Assembly (NCBI GenBank): GCA_963662665.2 | Contig: CAXXJS010000032.1 | Location: 1-64,000 of the forward strand | Direction of reading: 5' to 3' | DNA: 64,000 bases | Source of the DNA: Candidatus Latescibacterota bacterium | Lineage (GTDB): Bacteria > Latescibacterota > UBA2968 > GCA-2709665 | Shown here: in pieces, positions 50,212 through 59,664 of the stretch | Layout: every line of letters starts with the position of its first letter | How positions within the stretch are numbered: the first letter of the stretch is position 1 | Notes under the pieces: model-generated | Database searches by the model: none | What the model was told of the DNA's origin: nothing | The model's input: only the letters and a program-made list of their open reading frames with translations | Position numbers and translations under genes: made by a program

Positions 50212-51123
50212 TTGACCACCAACTCGAAAACCGTCTGGGAGATACCGGAGCCGTTATCCACAGTCGCCGTTTCCGTGGACGATGAAACTGAAATCTTCCT
50301 GCGCCGTCATGGAAATCCCAGGGGTCCGCGTCTCGTACTCAGCCATGGCAACGGTCTCGCTATCGATCTCTATTTTCCGTTCTGGTCTCTGCTGATAGAC
50401 GATTTCGACCTGATTGTCTACGATCTGAGAAACCACGGTTGGAACGGGGTCAGTACGCTTCATGAGCATAGCGTTCCCACGTTCGTCAATGACCACGACC
50501 GTGTTCTCGAAGCGATTGACCGGCACTTCGGGGAAAAGCCGAAAATAGGCATATTCCATTCGGTATCGGCCCTGACCACGCTTCTGTCCCCCGAGAGAGG
50601 CAGTGGATTGGCCGCGTGCATTCTGTACGACCCCCCATTGTGCAAGCACGGCGCCAGTTACGAAGAGTTCGATGCTGCGGCCGATCGTGTGGCCGCGATG
50701 ACCCGGCGCCGCGCGAGTCAATTCAATACCAGGGAGGAATTTGCGGAAGTTCTTCCCTACCTTCCAACCTTCCAGCGTGTCGTACCCGGAGTTTTCGAGC
50801 TTGTAGCAAGGACAACGCTTCGCGAATCCGCGAATGGAACGGGCTTCGTGCTTCGATGTCCTCGCGAATACGAAGCGCAGATAGTGGATTACGCGGCCAC
50901 GTTCGCCGTGCTGGTGGACTTTCACACATTCTGTTGTCCCCTGAAGGTCATCGGCGCCGATCCCACTTTGCCTTTTTCATATCTGCCGACGCTGGACCTC
51001 AGCGATATTGTTACCGTCGATTACGATTTCCTCCCTGAAACAACCCACCTCCTGCAAATGGAACAACCCGAGGAGTGCGTCGCGGCGATGCACGAATTCC
51101 TCAAAAGTCATTCGCTGGTCTGA
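50212..51123 (+). CDS. Alpha/beta hydrolase (SupD-like)
   Basis: SHGNG oxyanion motif, YDLRNHG, nucleophile FHSVS and C-terminal THLLQMEQP. Start uncertain (ORF runs from 50044; GTG 50164 or TTG 50212). Confidence 0.8.
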   Translation: MTTNSKTVWEIPEPLSTVAVSVDDETEIFLRRHGNPRGPRLVLSHGNGLAIDLYFPFWSLLIDDFDLIVYDLRNHGWNGVSTLHEHSVPTFVNDHDRVLEAIDRHFGEKPKIGIFHSVSALTTLLSPERGSGLAACILYDPPLCKHGASYEEFDAAADRVAAMTRRRASQFNTREEFAEVLPYLPTFQRVVPGVFELVARTTLRESANGTGFVLRCPREYEAQIVDYAATFAVLVDFHTFCCPLKVIGADPTLPFSYLPTLDLSDIVTVDYDFLPETTHLLQMEQPEECVAAMHEFLKSHSLV

Positions 51124-51371
51124 TCTGCCTCCTTTCCATTGCGTCACGCGTCGTTCCCGCCGGAGCCTGGCTATCCACCCGCAGCAATAGTGTCCGCCGG
51201 GCCAACACGCGCCTTCCACCCTCACCCCAACGTTTTCAGTGATCCGGACTCATGGGAGTCGAATTGAATGAACCATAGCCGGTACCCGCGAAACGATACC
51301 ACGATACCTCGGGAATCCTTAACTTGACCCTGCAACGGGACCAATTTCGACTATTGACAGAATTCCTGTTG

Positions 51372-51944
51372 ATGCTGCGGATGGCGATATGTATCGGCGG
51401 CGTCGTATGCCAATCGGCGAGCGCGGCAGCACAGGACGGCAACGGGGGCAACACCGTCCTGTGGGACACGACGCTGAAAACGATCCGGGCAAAATTCCCG
51501 GCGGTCGCCCAGATACCGACCGATACGCTGCAGTCCTGGCTGGACAAATCGCCGAAGCAGGAGGATCTCATTCTGTTGGATATACGGGAGCCAGAGGAAT
51601 TCGCTGTCAGCCACTTGCCCGGCGCCCGGCCGGCCCCATCGAATGACGAGGCACTGAAGGCGATCCGTGGCACACCCGCGAATCGGCGAATCGTCCTGTA
51701 CTGTTCCATTGGGTACCGCTCCTCAGACGTTGCGGAGTTTCTGATGAAGCGAGGGTATACGGAGGTCTACAATCTGGAGGGATCGATATTCGCGTGGGCT
51801 AACGAAGGACGACCGGTCTACCGGGGCAGCGAACGGGTGCCCGTCGTCCATCCGTATGACGAATACTGGGGCCGACTATTAAAAAAATCATTGCGGCCAG
51901 CGGTCAAGGACGATTCCCGTGCGCCGCGGGCGACGTCGCAATGA
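51372..51944 (+). CDS. Secreted rhodanese-like domain protein
   Basis: LLDIREPEEFAVSHLPGA, YCSIGYRS, NLEGSIFAW and a signal-like N-terminus. Start approximate. Confidence 0.85.
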   Translation: MLRMAICIGGVVCQSASAAAQDGNGGNTVLWDTTLKTIRAKFPAVAQIPTDTLQSWLDKSPKQEDLILLDIREPEEFAVSHLPGARPAPSNDEALKAIRGTPANRRIVLYCSIGYRSSDVAEFLMKRGYTEVYNLEGSIFAWANEGRPVYRGSERVPVVHPYDEYWGRLLKKSLRPAVKDDSRAPRATSQ

Positions 51945-51962
51945 GTACCCTACCGGTGGTGC

Positions 51963-52649
51963 ATGGTGAAACTGGTCCTTACGAACGATGACGGTATTGA
52001 GGCAGAGGGATTGAACGTTCTGGTTCGGCTGGGGTCACAGTGGGGTGAGGTTGTGGTTGTCGCACCTGCGGAGCCTCAGTCGGGCGTCGGACATAAATTG
52101 ACAGTCGACAAGCCCATACGCGTCGATGAACTTTCGGAAGCCCGATTCAGGGTCTGGGGCACACCGGCAGACTGTTCCCGTCTGGCCCTGAGCCAGCTGG
52201 CCCGCGACGCCGACTGGGTCCTCTCAGGTATCAATGACAGTGGCAATCTTGGGGTGGATGTCTACGAATCCGGGACCGTGGCCGCGGCCCGGGAGGCTGC
52301 TATTCACGGTTGCAAGGCGATGTCCCTGTCACACTATACCGTAAAGGACCGGCCGATCGACTGGCGTCTGGCCGCCGAACGGCTTGAATCGGTTCTGTGC
52401 AGACTACTGGACGAAACGCTTGAAGCCGGGTGTTTCCTCAACGTGAATCTGCCCCATCCCGAACACGAAGGGGTTCGCCTGGAAACGAGGCAGGCTCACG
52501 TCGACAAGAGTCCTCAGGCAATCAGGTTCGAGCGAAACGACCGTGATTTTCAATATGCCGGCGTCTACCAGGAGCGCCCGCGACAACCCGGAAGCGACGT
52601 CGACGTCTGTTTCAACGGCCATATTTCGATCTCAAGAATCCGCGTTTGA
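51963..52649 (+). CDS. surE: 5'/3'-nucleotidase SurE
   Basis: LTNDDG, VVAP..PQSG, GTPADC, SGIN and SGTVAAAREA. Confidence 0.93.
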   Translation: MVKLVLTNDDGIEAEGLNVLVRLGSQWGEVVVVAPAEPQSGVGHKLTVDKPIRVDELSEARFRVWGTPADCSRLALSQLARDADWVLSGINDSGNLGVDVYESGTVAAAREAAIHGCKAMSLSHYTVKDRPIDWRLAAERLESVLCRLLDETLEAGCFLNVNLPHPEHEGVRLETRQAHVDKSPQAIRFERNDRDFQYAGVYQERPRQPGSDVDVCFNGHISISRIRV

Positions 52650-52945
52650 ATGGATGGCGCTTCACCCCGTGGCTGCACAGAGACCAACACGGCCGTGAAG
52701 GCGCCGATCCGTCTTGTTTCGTTGCGTTGTTTACACTGAACTTGTCAAGACGTGGGCATTGCCTGTGCTGCTTGCGTTGAGCTTGTCGAAACGGCTCGTC
52801 TGAGAAAGCATGTCGAAATGCCCGTGTTAACTGACCCAATTAACGCTCTTCAGCGCCCTTCGCCGTCCTGAGCCTAATGCCAGCCGGGCGCACTGGCGGC
52901 CGAATTTCAGAGATCTTTTTCCGGGACAGAACACCAGGAGGCACT

Positions 52946-53848
52946 ATGCCCCGACATCCCGAGACCAGTAAGGGAGTTGACAATCCCTGGTACCCGGAAG
53001 GCGGTCCGGGACGTCACCTCAAAGCCCGGCTGAAACGTGGCGACGTGCTGATCGGCGCGACGATTGAGGCGTATGCCCATCCTTCTCTCGTCAAATTGTT
53101 CCGGCACGCCGGTTTCGACTTCGTCTACATTGAGTACGAGCACAGCCTCTTCGACCTGCAGGACCTGGCCGACACCATCCTCGCCGCCCGCGACAACGGT
53201 TTGCCCGTCATCGCCAAGACGCCCCAACTGGAACGCCAGGAGGTCTCGAAGTTGCTGGAAGCGGGCGTGGTGGGAATCCAGCTGCCCAGAACGGAAACCC
53301 GCGAGGATGTGCAGCGCCTGCTGAGTTATCTGAAATTTCCCCCGGCGGGAACCCGCGCCGTGGCGCCCGGTTGGGGCAACAGCGACTACCGGGAGGTTGC
53401 GGACTGGCGGGGATGGATGGAAGAACAGGACCGGGAGACCGCGCTGGTTGTGCATCTGGAGACGGTCAGGGGGTATCGGAACGCGGAGGAGATTCTGAGC
53501 ATGCCCGGGGTCGACATGTGCTTCGTGGGGCCGGGAGACACCTCCATCGAGTTTGGCCACCCCGGCGACTTCGATCACCCGGAGGTGCGCGGCCCGATGG
53601 AAGCGGCGCTGAATCTCTGCAAAGCGTACGGCGTGGCCTTCGGCACCATGCCATGGAGTGGGACCTCCGCGGGCGAGTGGGCACGCAGGGGGGCCACCTT
53701 CTTCGAAGCCACGTCTGAATTGGGGTTCATCCGGGCGGGCGCCGCCGCCCTGTTGGGCGAATATCGGGCGCATCTCAACTCGGGACAGGAAACGCCCACG
53801 GAGGAAAAACGGTCCGAGTCGGAACCAACCGGAAAGAGTGCAACCTGA
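52946..53848 (+). CDS. HpcH/HpaI aldolase/citrate-lyase family protein
   Basis: AGFDFVYIEYEHS, FPPAGTR, HLET and FVGPGD. AGGAGG RBS before the ATG at 52946. Confidence 0.88.
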   Translation: MPRHPETSKGVDNPWYPEGGPGRHLKARLKRGDVLIGATIEAYAHPSLVKLFRHAGFDFVYIEYEHSLFDLQDLADTILAARDNGLPVIAKTPQLERQEVSKLLEAGVVGIQLPRTETREDVQRLLSYLKFPPAGTRAVAPGWGNSDYREVADWRGWMEEQDRETALVVHLETVRGYRNAEEILSMPGVDMCFVGPGDTSIEFGHPGDFDHPEVRGPMEAALNLCKAYGVAFGTMPWSGTSAGEWARRGATFFEATSELGFIRAGAAALLGEYRAHLNSGQETPTEEKRSESEPTGKSAT

Positions 53849-53909
53849 AGCTTCAGCACCGGCTCCTGTGCCGGGCGCTACGGATTTCTTGCGTCTCAGG
53901 TTGAACGCT

Positions 53910-55655
53910 TCACGAACTTGCCTGCGGGGCCACCTGTACGGTAACGACGTCCATCCCGTGGTACTTCTGGTGCCGGACCGAAGATGCATAGTGACGCAGC
54001 ATGCGAAAAGACAACTCGCTCACGTCCGGGGTTTCCGCCTGTTCGTCGAGATACGCGAGGCGGTCTTCCAGATTTTCCTCGTCGAAAATCGCCACGAATT
54101 CCAGATTCACAGCCCCTCCGTCCGGACGCGCGACCACGATTAGGCGCGGCGCTTCCCCTGCCTTATATTCTTCCCCCGGCTCCATCAGGCTCGCAAGCGT
54201 CTCCTCACCCGCGGAACGCAGGCGACCGGTCGCCGCAGCGTCCCAACCCATCCTGGCCGCAACTTCCTGAAGAAAAATGTCGATTCGTGGAAGGTCGGAA
54301 AAATCCAGCCGCACCTCCAGGCGTCGACGCCGGGGACTGGTCAGCTCCAGAAATGCGGTCAACAGAATCGCTGTAACCGTGCCTACGGTGATGCCGTTAC
54401 CGAGCAACATACCCCAGGGATCCCCCAGAAGGTCCTGAAGAACGTTCTGATTCTGCATTCCCAGACCCAGGGCGAACGCGAGTCCAACGACGATGGCCTT
54501 CTGTGCGTCGAGACCGGCCCTGGAAAGGGTCTGGATCCCCTCCACAAAGAGCATGCCAATGGCCACCAGGAGGAATCCCCCCATAACTGGGCTGGGAATG
54601 GCTAACAACGCGCTTGTTACCTTGGGAAAAAACGCCAGCACGATGAGAATGCCGCCCATCGCGTATCCTGCCCTTCGTGCTGAGACTCCTGTAAGGTTGA
54701 TGAGCGAGACGGTGAGCGATGAATATCCGGTCGTGGGGGGCGTCCCGGAGAGGCCCGAAAACAGAAGACCCAACGCATTGGCGTTGATTGAGCCCTGGAT
54801 CAGCCGGAAATCCGTTGCCCTCGGGCGTCGTCGGGACACCCGCTGAACGACCATGCCGTCGCCGATGCCCTTTATCGCCTGTATTAGAGTCACAATCAGA
54901 AACATCGGCAGCAACGCCCAGAATCCAGCGGTCGGCGCCAGAACCAGCCCAGGCAGTTCCGTATCCGGGACGCCGAACCAGGATGCGTCACTCAATCGCT
55001 CGAAATCGTATAGCCCGAACGGCGCCGCGGCAACACAGCCCGCGCCGATTCCGGCGAGAAGCGACCACGGCCGCCATTTTCCCGGGGCGCGCAACACCAG
55101 AATCGCGGCGACAACCAGCGTCACCGCCGCAACGCATGGACCCGCAGCCGCAGATGCCCCCTCCGGTACATCCTTGAGGCGATCGAACGATATCGGAATG
55201 ATCATCGCCGCGATTAGCATAAGCACGGTACCGGAGACTACGGGCGTTATGAGACGGCGCAGACGCGGCAGCCAGGCAGCCAGCGCCAGGTAGAAGACCC
55301 CCGAAAGGACGATGAGGCTGGACAATGCGGCGGGACCGCCCTCGTCCAGCGCGATGACAGAGACGGCGATGTAGTTGGGAGTGACGCCCGTTATTAGCAT
55401 ATGGCCGCCGCCCAGCCGTCCGATCCTGGCCGCCTGGAGTACAGTGACCGCGCCAACGATGATCAGCGCGGCGAAAACCGTCCATGCCAGAAACCGTTCG
55501 TCCTGGCCGCCCGCCAGGACGGTGATGGCCACAATCAAAACCGCCGGCGCCAGTACGATCATGATGCCCTGAATTCCAACACTGACGGCCAGCAACAGCG
55601 GACACGGCTCATTCGGTTCGTAGCGGATTGGGTCGTTTGATCGGGTTGATGTCAG
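53910..55655 (-). CDS. NCS2/xanthine-uracil permease family protein with a C-terminal degenerate HATPase-like (RsbW-like) domain; SupE-like
   Basis: LRRLITPVVSGTV, LTGVSARR, AFFPKV and IPSPVMGG, then a ~140-aa soluble tail containing LRSAGEETLASL. GGAGG lies 6 nt before a CTG at 55655 (the ORF extends to 55736). Confidence 0.8.
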   Translation of the reverse strand: MTSTRSNDPIRYEPNEPCPLLLAVSVGIQGIMIVLAPAVLIVAITVLAGGQDERFLAWTVFAALIIVGAVTVLQAARIGRLGGGHMLITGVTPNYIAVSVIALDEGGPAALSSLIVLSGVFYLALAAWLPRLRRLITPVVSGTVLMLIAAMIIPISFDRLKDVPEGASAAAGPCVAAVTLVVAAILVLRAPGKWRPWSLLAGIGAGCVAAAPFGLYDFERLSDASWFGVPDTELPGLVLAPTAGFWALLPMFLIVTLIQAIKGIGDGMVVQRVSRRRPRATDFRLIQGSINANALGLLFSGLSGTPPTTGYSSLTVSLINLTGVSARRAGYAMGGILIVLAFFPKVTSALLAIPSPVMGGFLLVAIGMLFVEGIQTLSRAGLDAQKAIVVGLAFALGLGMQNQNVLQDLLGDPWGMLLGNGITVGTVTAILLTAFLELTSPRRRRLEVRLDFSDLPRIDIFLQEVAARMGWDAAATGRLRSAGEETLASLMEPGEEYKAGEAPRLIVVARPDGGAVNLEFVAIFDEENLEDRLAYLDEQAETPDVSELSFRMLRHYASSVRHQKYHGMDVVTVQVAPQASS

Positions 55656-56037
55656 ATGGCGCCTCCGATTCGGGCTTCGCTGACTTAACGAAATAGCGAA
55701 ACAGGTTTCAGAAATCGACGGGCATGCGGCAGGCATATCCTGGAGTGGAAACGCCTTACGTGGAATTGAGTAAATTCACGATCCGGGTTCCCGGCTGTCT
55801 GAAATGCAAAAGCCTTTCTGGAATTCCTTACGGATCGTCCGCCGCTCATGCGCTTACGTTCCGGACCCGAATCGGAATTCTAAAAAGGCTGGTTCGAATT
55901 CTACGGCCGCCTGTACCGAACCCGTTAAATCAACCTCCCTGGCGTTTCCGCATTGCCATTGTGCCGGTAGCGGTTTTATCAAGGCTCTCTGGTCCCTTCC
56001 GAAACATCCGGCAGGACCGGAACAATCTGTATTGCCG

Positions 56038-56310
56038 CTAGTCGACGACCTCACCGAGCACGTCCTCGGCCAGGCTGAACAGATCTGCCAGATACTGCTT
56101 GCGCAGCAGGCTTAGTTCGGTAACTCTCTTCCACAGAATCTCCTCAATCCTGGCGACTGCTTCCTCGCGCACCCCGGATGAGAGGGTGCTGTCATTCCTG
56201 AATTCGTATTTATCAATTGTGAATTCAGCGATGTCCGAGATGTTATCACCGATGACTTGCATATCGATCGCGCTCTTCATCGACCCGATTTTTTCTTCAT
56301 CACTGTTCAT
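56038..56310 (-). CDS. Small helical hypothetical protein (90 aa)
   Basis: GGAG RBS upstream and protein-like composition. No family recognised. Confidence 0.6.
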   Translation of the reverse strand: MNSDEEKIGSMKSAIDMQVIGDNISDIAEFTIDKYEFRNDSTLSSGVREEAVARIEEILWKRVTELSLLRKQYLADLFSLAEDVLGEVVD

Positions 56311-56379
56311 CTCGTTACTCCGGTTCTTTTGGGTAGATCTTCTGTTTCACGAATGAATGAAATTCCTCCAGGATTCAAC

Positions 56380-56676
56380 TTAGTTAACATCGAACGCTTT
56401 AGTTGCCTCTGCCTGTGACGGGAAAATGTCTATAATCTGATCGAAACCGCTAATGGCGACAACGTCACGGACCGGATCCGTGAGTGTGCAAACGCCGAAT
56501 TGCTTTCCAGGTTCCTTGAATTTCCAGGCGATGATCACACCAACGCGAAGCCCCGCGCTGCTGATGAAAGTTACCTGCTCGAAATCCAGAATCAAAACAC
56601 TGTCTTCCGGGCCGATTCCAAACTCCAGAGTATCTTGAAGAACATCGGCATTGTTGCCGTCGATACGACCCGCAAG
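56380..56676 (-). pseudogene. STAS/anti-sigma-factor antagonist, 5'-truncated
   Basis: LAGRIDGNNA...ILDFEQVTFISSAGLRV. The frame upstream reaches a TGA (56704-56706) with no suitable start, next to an IS-end-like sequence. Confidence 0.7.
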
Positions 56677-56867
56677 TGCCGGACGTAGCCCGGATGGACT
56701 TTTTCAACGGGCTGTTAAGCCAATGACTCAAAGACAGGCTTTGGCAACGAAGGCTTCTCATTAAAAATCTAAGGGAAATATCTCCAATAGCAACCCCGCG
56801 ACGTATGATTTCCCTTGCAACGCCGCGGGGTAGGCTGAACGCGAAGTGTCTCAAGCCCCGGCTCTAT

Positions 56868-57602
56868 TTAATTCCGCCCGTCCGCGTGTGCCGGTGGCGC
56901 ACGGTTGAGTTCATCCCGATGAGATCGCCACGATGGCATGAACCTGTCCATCAACTTCCAGAAACGACCGTTGTGACGGCGCTCAATCAAGTGGACCATC
57001 TCGTGCACGACCACGTACTCGAGACAGGATGCCGGTTTCTTGGCGAGTTCCAGATTCAGCCAGATTCGGCGGGCAGCCGGATTGCAGGTTCCCCAACGGG
57101 TCTTCATCTTTCTGATTCGCGCTTCATTGACCCGTACACCCATTTCGGGCTCCCATTTTGCAATGATCCCCGGAAGACAATCACGGAGATGGCGTCGGTA
57201 CCACCGATCCAGTACAGCCTCCCTGATGTTCCTGTCGTCGCCCGGCCGAACGCACATCGCCAGGGTAGAATTGTCGAGGAGACGGACCGCAGGTGGACCG
57301 TCCCGTTCCGTCACGTCGAGCCGGTAGCGCCTGCCTTCGAAAAAGTGGCTTTCACCTGTCACGAATTCCCACCGGGATTGCCGTTCCTGTTGCTGGAATT
57401 TTGCCTTCTGGCGATGAATCCACCCAAGCCGTGAGATGACAGCCATTCGTACCGCGTCATCGTCAAGACGACGCGGTGCGGACACCCTTACCCGTCCATT
57501 CGGTGGATAAACCCTTATATAGAGGTTCTTGATGTTCTTGCGCACCACGTCTACGGCAGTTCCACGTACTTCAATGCTGTAATTTTCCCGCTCAGTTTTC
57601 AC
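56868..57602 (-). CDS. M48/SprT-like metal-dependent hydrolase (YgjP/DUF45), the type usually found after hsdR
   Basis: RKNIKNLYIRV, GESHFFEG, MKTRWGTC and YVVVHEMVHL.ERRH. Confidence 0.9.
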   Translation of the reverse strand: MKTERENYSIEVRGTAVDVVRKNIKNLYIRVYPPNGRVRVSAPRRLDDDAVRMAVISRLGWIHRQKAKFQQQERQSRWEFVTGESHFFEGRRYRLDVTERDGPPAVRLLDNSTLAMCVRPGDDRNIREAVLDRWYRRHLRDCLPGIIAKWEPEMGVRVNEARIRKMKTRWGTCNPAARRIWLNLELAKKPASCLEYVVVHEMVHLIERRHNGRFWKLMDRFMPSWRSHRDELNRAPPAHADGRN

Positions 57603-57681
57603 TCTGCACCTTTACAATCTCGACTATCATTGGCACGCGAGGTCAGCACGGCGATGCCAACAACTTCTCCCAAGCCATGGT

Positions 57682-58458
57682 TCATCCCGAGATGCTCTCG
57701 TTCAGAAAGCGTATTATCCTCTCCTGGTTTGCAGTAAGACTGGAGAACTGCTTCTCGCAGACGTCGCTGAAGCGGGCCAACACCTTCCGATTGATCGACT
57801 CCTGGTCTTCGAAAACGGCAAGTGAACGAAACGGGATCTCCCACCGTTCGAATTGGAGAAGCGCGATTGTAGCATCGCGAGTTCTGCCGTCGCTAGAGAG
57901 TGCATGAACGAACAAGGGCCGGTGCAATCCGTTTACTCGACAATCCACGGTGTACATCCCTTGAGGATCATGTTCGGGATCGCTCCAGTCAAATCTCCTG
58001 CGCTCTTCCGGAATTGCCTCACTCATCACCGAACGAAAATCATCCATGAAGGTGGACCGTACGCGCTCCCGCGACAGATACGATACGTCTGATATCTTAA
58101 GTAACCCCTGAACGAACGAATACAGTGCATCACCGTAACGTTCCTCTGGCACGTCGAGTACTAACTCTCCATCGCGGTCCTCGATCTGAAACATGGACAA
58201 TGCATTGGAGATGATCTTCTGACGCGTGCCGCCATGAAGATCCTTCTCCTCGATATCGTATGTCAGATGCATGTACGTATGCGCCTCATCGGAAAGCACC
58301 CAACGCGCTCCGTCCTTCCTTAGAACGATGCCCAGGTGATCACCGTCGTCGAATTGGAAAGGGGTGAACACGCGGAACCGTTCCATGCCCTCGGCTGCAA
58401 GCCGAATCTTCGACGAAACTTTCTCGTGAAAATCTCTCTCTATGGCCTGGACGGACAT
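57682..58458 (-). CDS. DUF1828-like domain protein
   Basis: [12 protein letters not shown] and LSDEAHT N-terminal pattern, then a nuclease-like C-terminus (YTVDC). Confidence 0.6.
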   Translation of the reverse strand: MSVQAIERDFHEKVSSKIRLAAEGMERFRVFTPFQFDDGDHLGIVLRKDGARWVLSDEAHTYMHLTYDIEEKDLHGGTRQKIISNALSMFQIEDRDGELVLDVPEERYGDALYSFVQGLLKISDVSYLSRERVRSTFMDDFRSVMSEAIPEERRRFDWSDPEHDPQGMYTVDCRVNGLHRPLFVHALSSDGRTRDATIALLQFERWEIPFRSLAVFEDQESINRKVLARFSDVCEKQFSSLTANQERIIRFLNESISG

Positions 58459-58461
58459 TGC

Positions 58462-58910
58462 TTATCCCTCCTCAAATAGATCGCCCTGCGGCTTCGGCGG
58501 TTTCTCAAAATTCGCATCGTCTATCAGACAGCGAAGAGCGCCACGAAAGTCTCCGTAACGGTCGGTTGGCTCGGCGTATGCATCCTCCCTGGTTCCGATT
58601 TCCTGATACCTCTCCGTAGCGACGTGAATGTGAAAGTCATAGAATTTCACGTCTTCAATGCGGTTCGAATGTTCTTGGCTCTTGCCGTTGTAGCGTCGGA
58701 GGCGAAAGGAACTGGCTTGACCCGGGTACTCGAACAGCCAGAATAGCTGAAAAGTCGAGGTGATTGATCTAATGCTGGCTGAGGATTTGACGGAATACTC
58801 CGTCGTCGTCAGCGGCTAAATCAAAGAGTTGTTCGTCGTGGCCACGCTTGAACCTTAGACGAGTCCGGCTGGCGTCAATCGAGAGGCAGGAGCTTGCGCT
58901 CGTACAAAAG
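58462..58910 (-). pseudogene. Degraded upstream partner of the DUF1828-like gene
   Basis: Pieces KRGHDEQLFDL...LDFSAILAVRVPG / FRLRRYNGKSQEHSNRIEDVKFYDFHIHVATERYQ are broken by an in-frame TAG (~58750) and a frameshift (~58708). Confidence 0.6.
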
Positions 58911-58998
58911 GTCTAACTCGCGCCTAAAATAGTCTGAGCGCCAAATAGCACTAGGCAACAACGAAATCAGCATTTTAGGTTCCGGCTGTGCGCAATGC

Positions 58999-59664
58999 TC
59001 AAGCCGCTCTGAACGCCAAGAATGCGTGATGCAGATCTATTGGCGAAGTGCACGTGTGCGGATGGCTGCTTGCCCAGACCCACGGCTCGGCAACGAGAAC
59101 CGACGGTTCGAGATTTTCGTCGTATCGTGACTTGCGATTCAGATGGTCGTTAATGCAGTTCGCCGCCGCTCTTGCATCCCCATCAATCAGGTATCCGATC
59201 ATGAATCCCATAGAATGATTGATTGAGTATTGACCGGTTCGGAAGCGGTCGATGCCTTCCACGACATATTCTCGGCACAGGTGAGCGTTGTTACCTGCGA
59301 CGCGCTTACATTCGATGATCGCGTGTGGATCGTGTTCTCTGAATTGTACGAATATTTCGATCCAGTGGATCGAAATATCGGTTCGACCGTCTGGCAGCAG
59401 TATTTCTGGACGGGACCGTGACTCGGTGCCGGGAAGCACTATCATCGACTTCCACGGCAGCATCCCTGAGTCCAGCGCACAACGCATACCATCGCGAAGC
59501 CGTTCCGTGATTTCTACCTCGCCGGATTCCGTATTGACGTCCGGAGACTGTGACGCAAACGTCCAGCCGGCCTCGACCGTTCGCAGGACCGCCGCAGCGA
59601 TATCAGGTCTAAGGTCAATAAACCGTCGGCCAGCCGCAGCCGTAACATCAAGCGGCAACTTCAT
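58999..59664 (-). CDS. Hypothetical protein with a PD-(D/E)xK-like motif, coupled to the DNA methyltransferase
   Basis: GRTDI...IIECKR and YVVEGIDRF. ATGA overlap with the methyltransferase stop. Confidence 0.65.
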   Translation of the reverse strand: MKLPLDVTAAAGRRFIDLRPDIAAAVLRTVEAGWTFASQSPDVNTESGEVEITERLRDGMRCALDSGMLPWKSMIVLPGTESRSRPEILLPDGRTDISIHWIEIFVQFREHDPHAIIECKRVAGNNAHLCREYVVEGIDRFRTGQYSINHSMGFMIGYLIDGDARAAANCINDHLNRKSRYDENLEPSVLVAEPWVWASSHPHTCTSPIDLHHAFLAFRAA

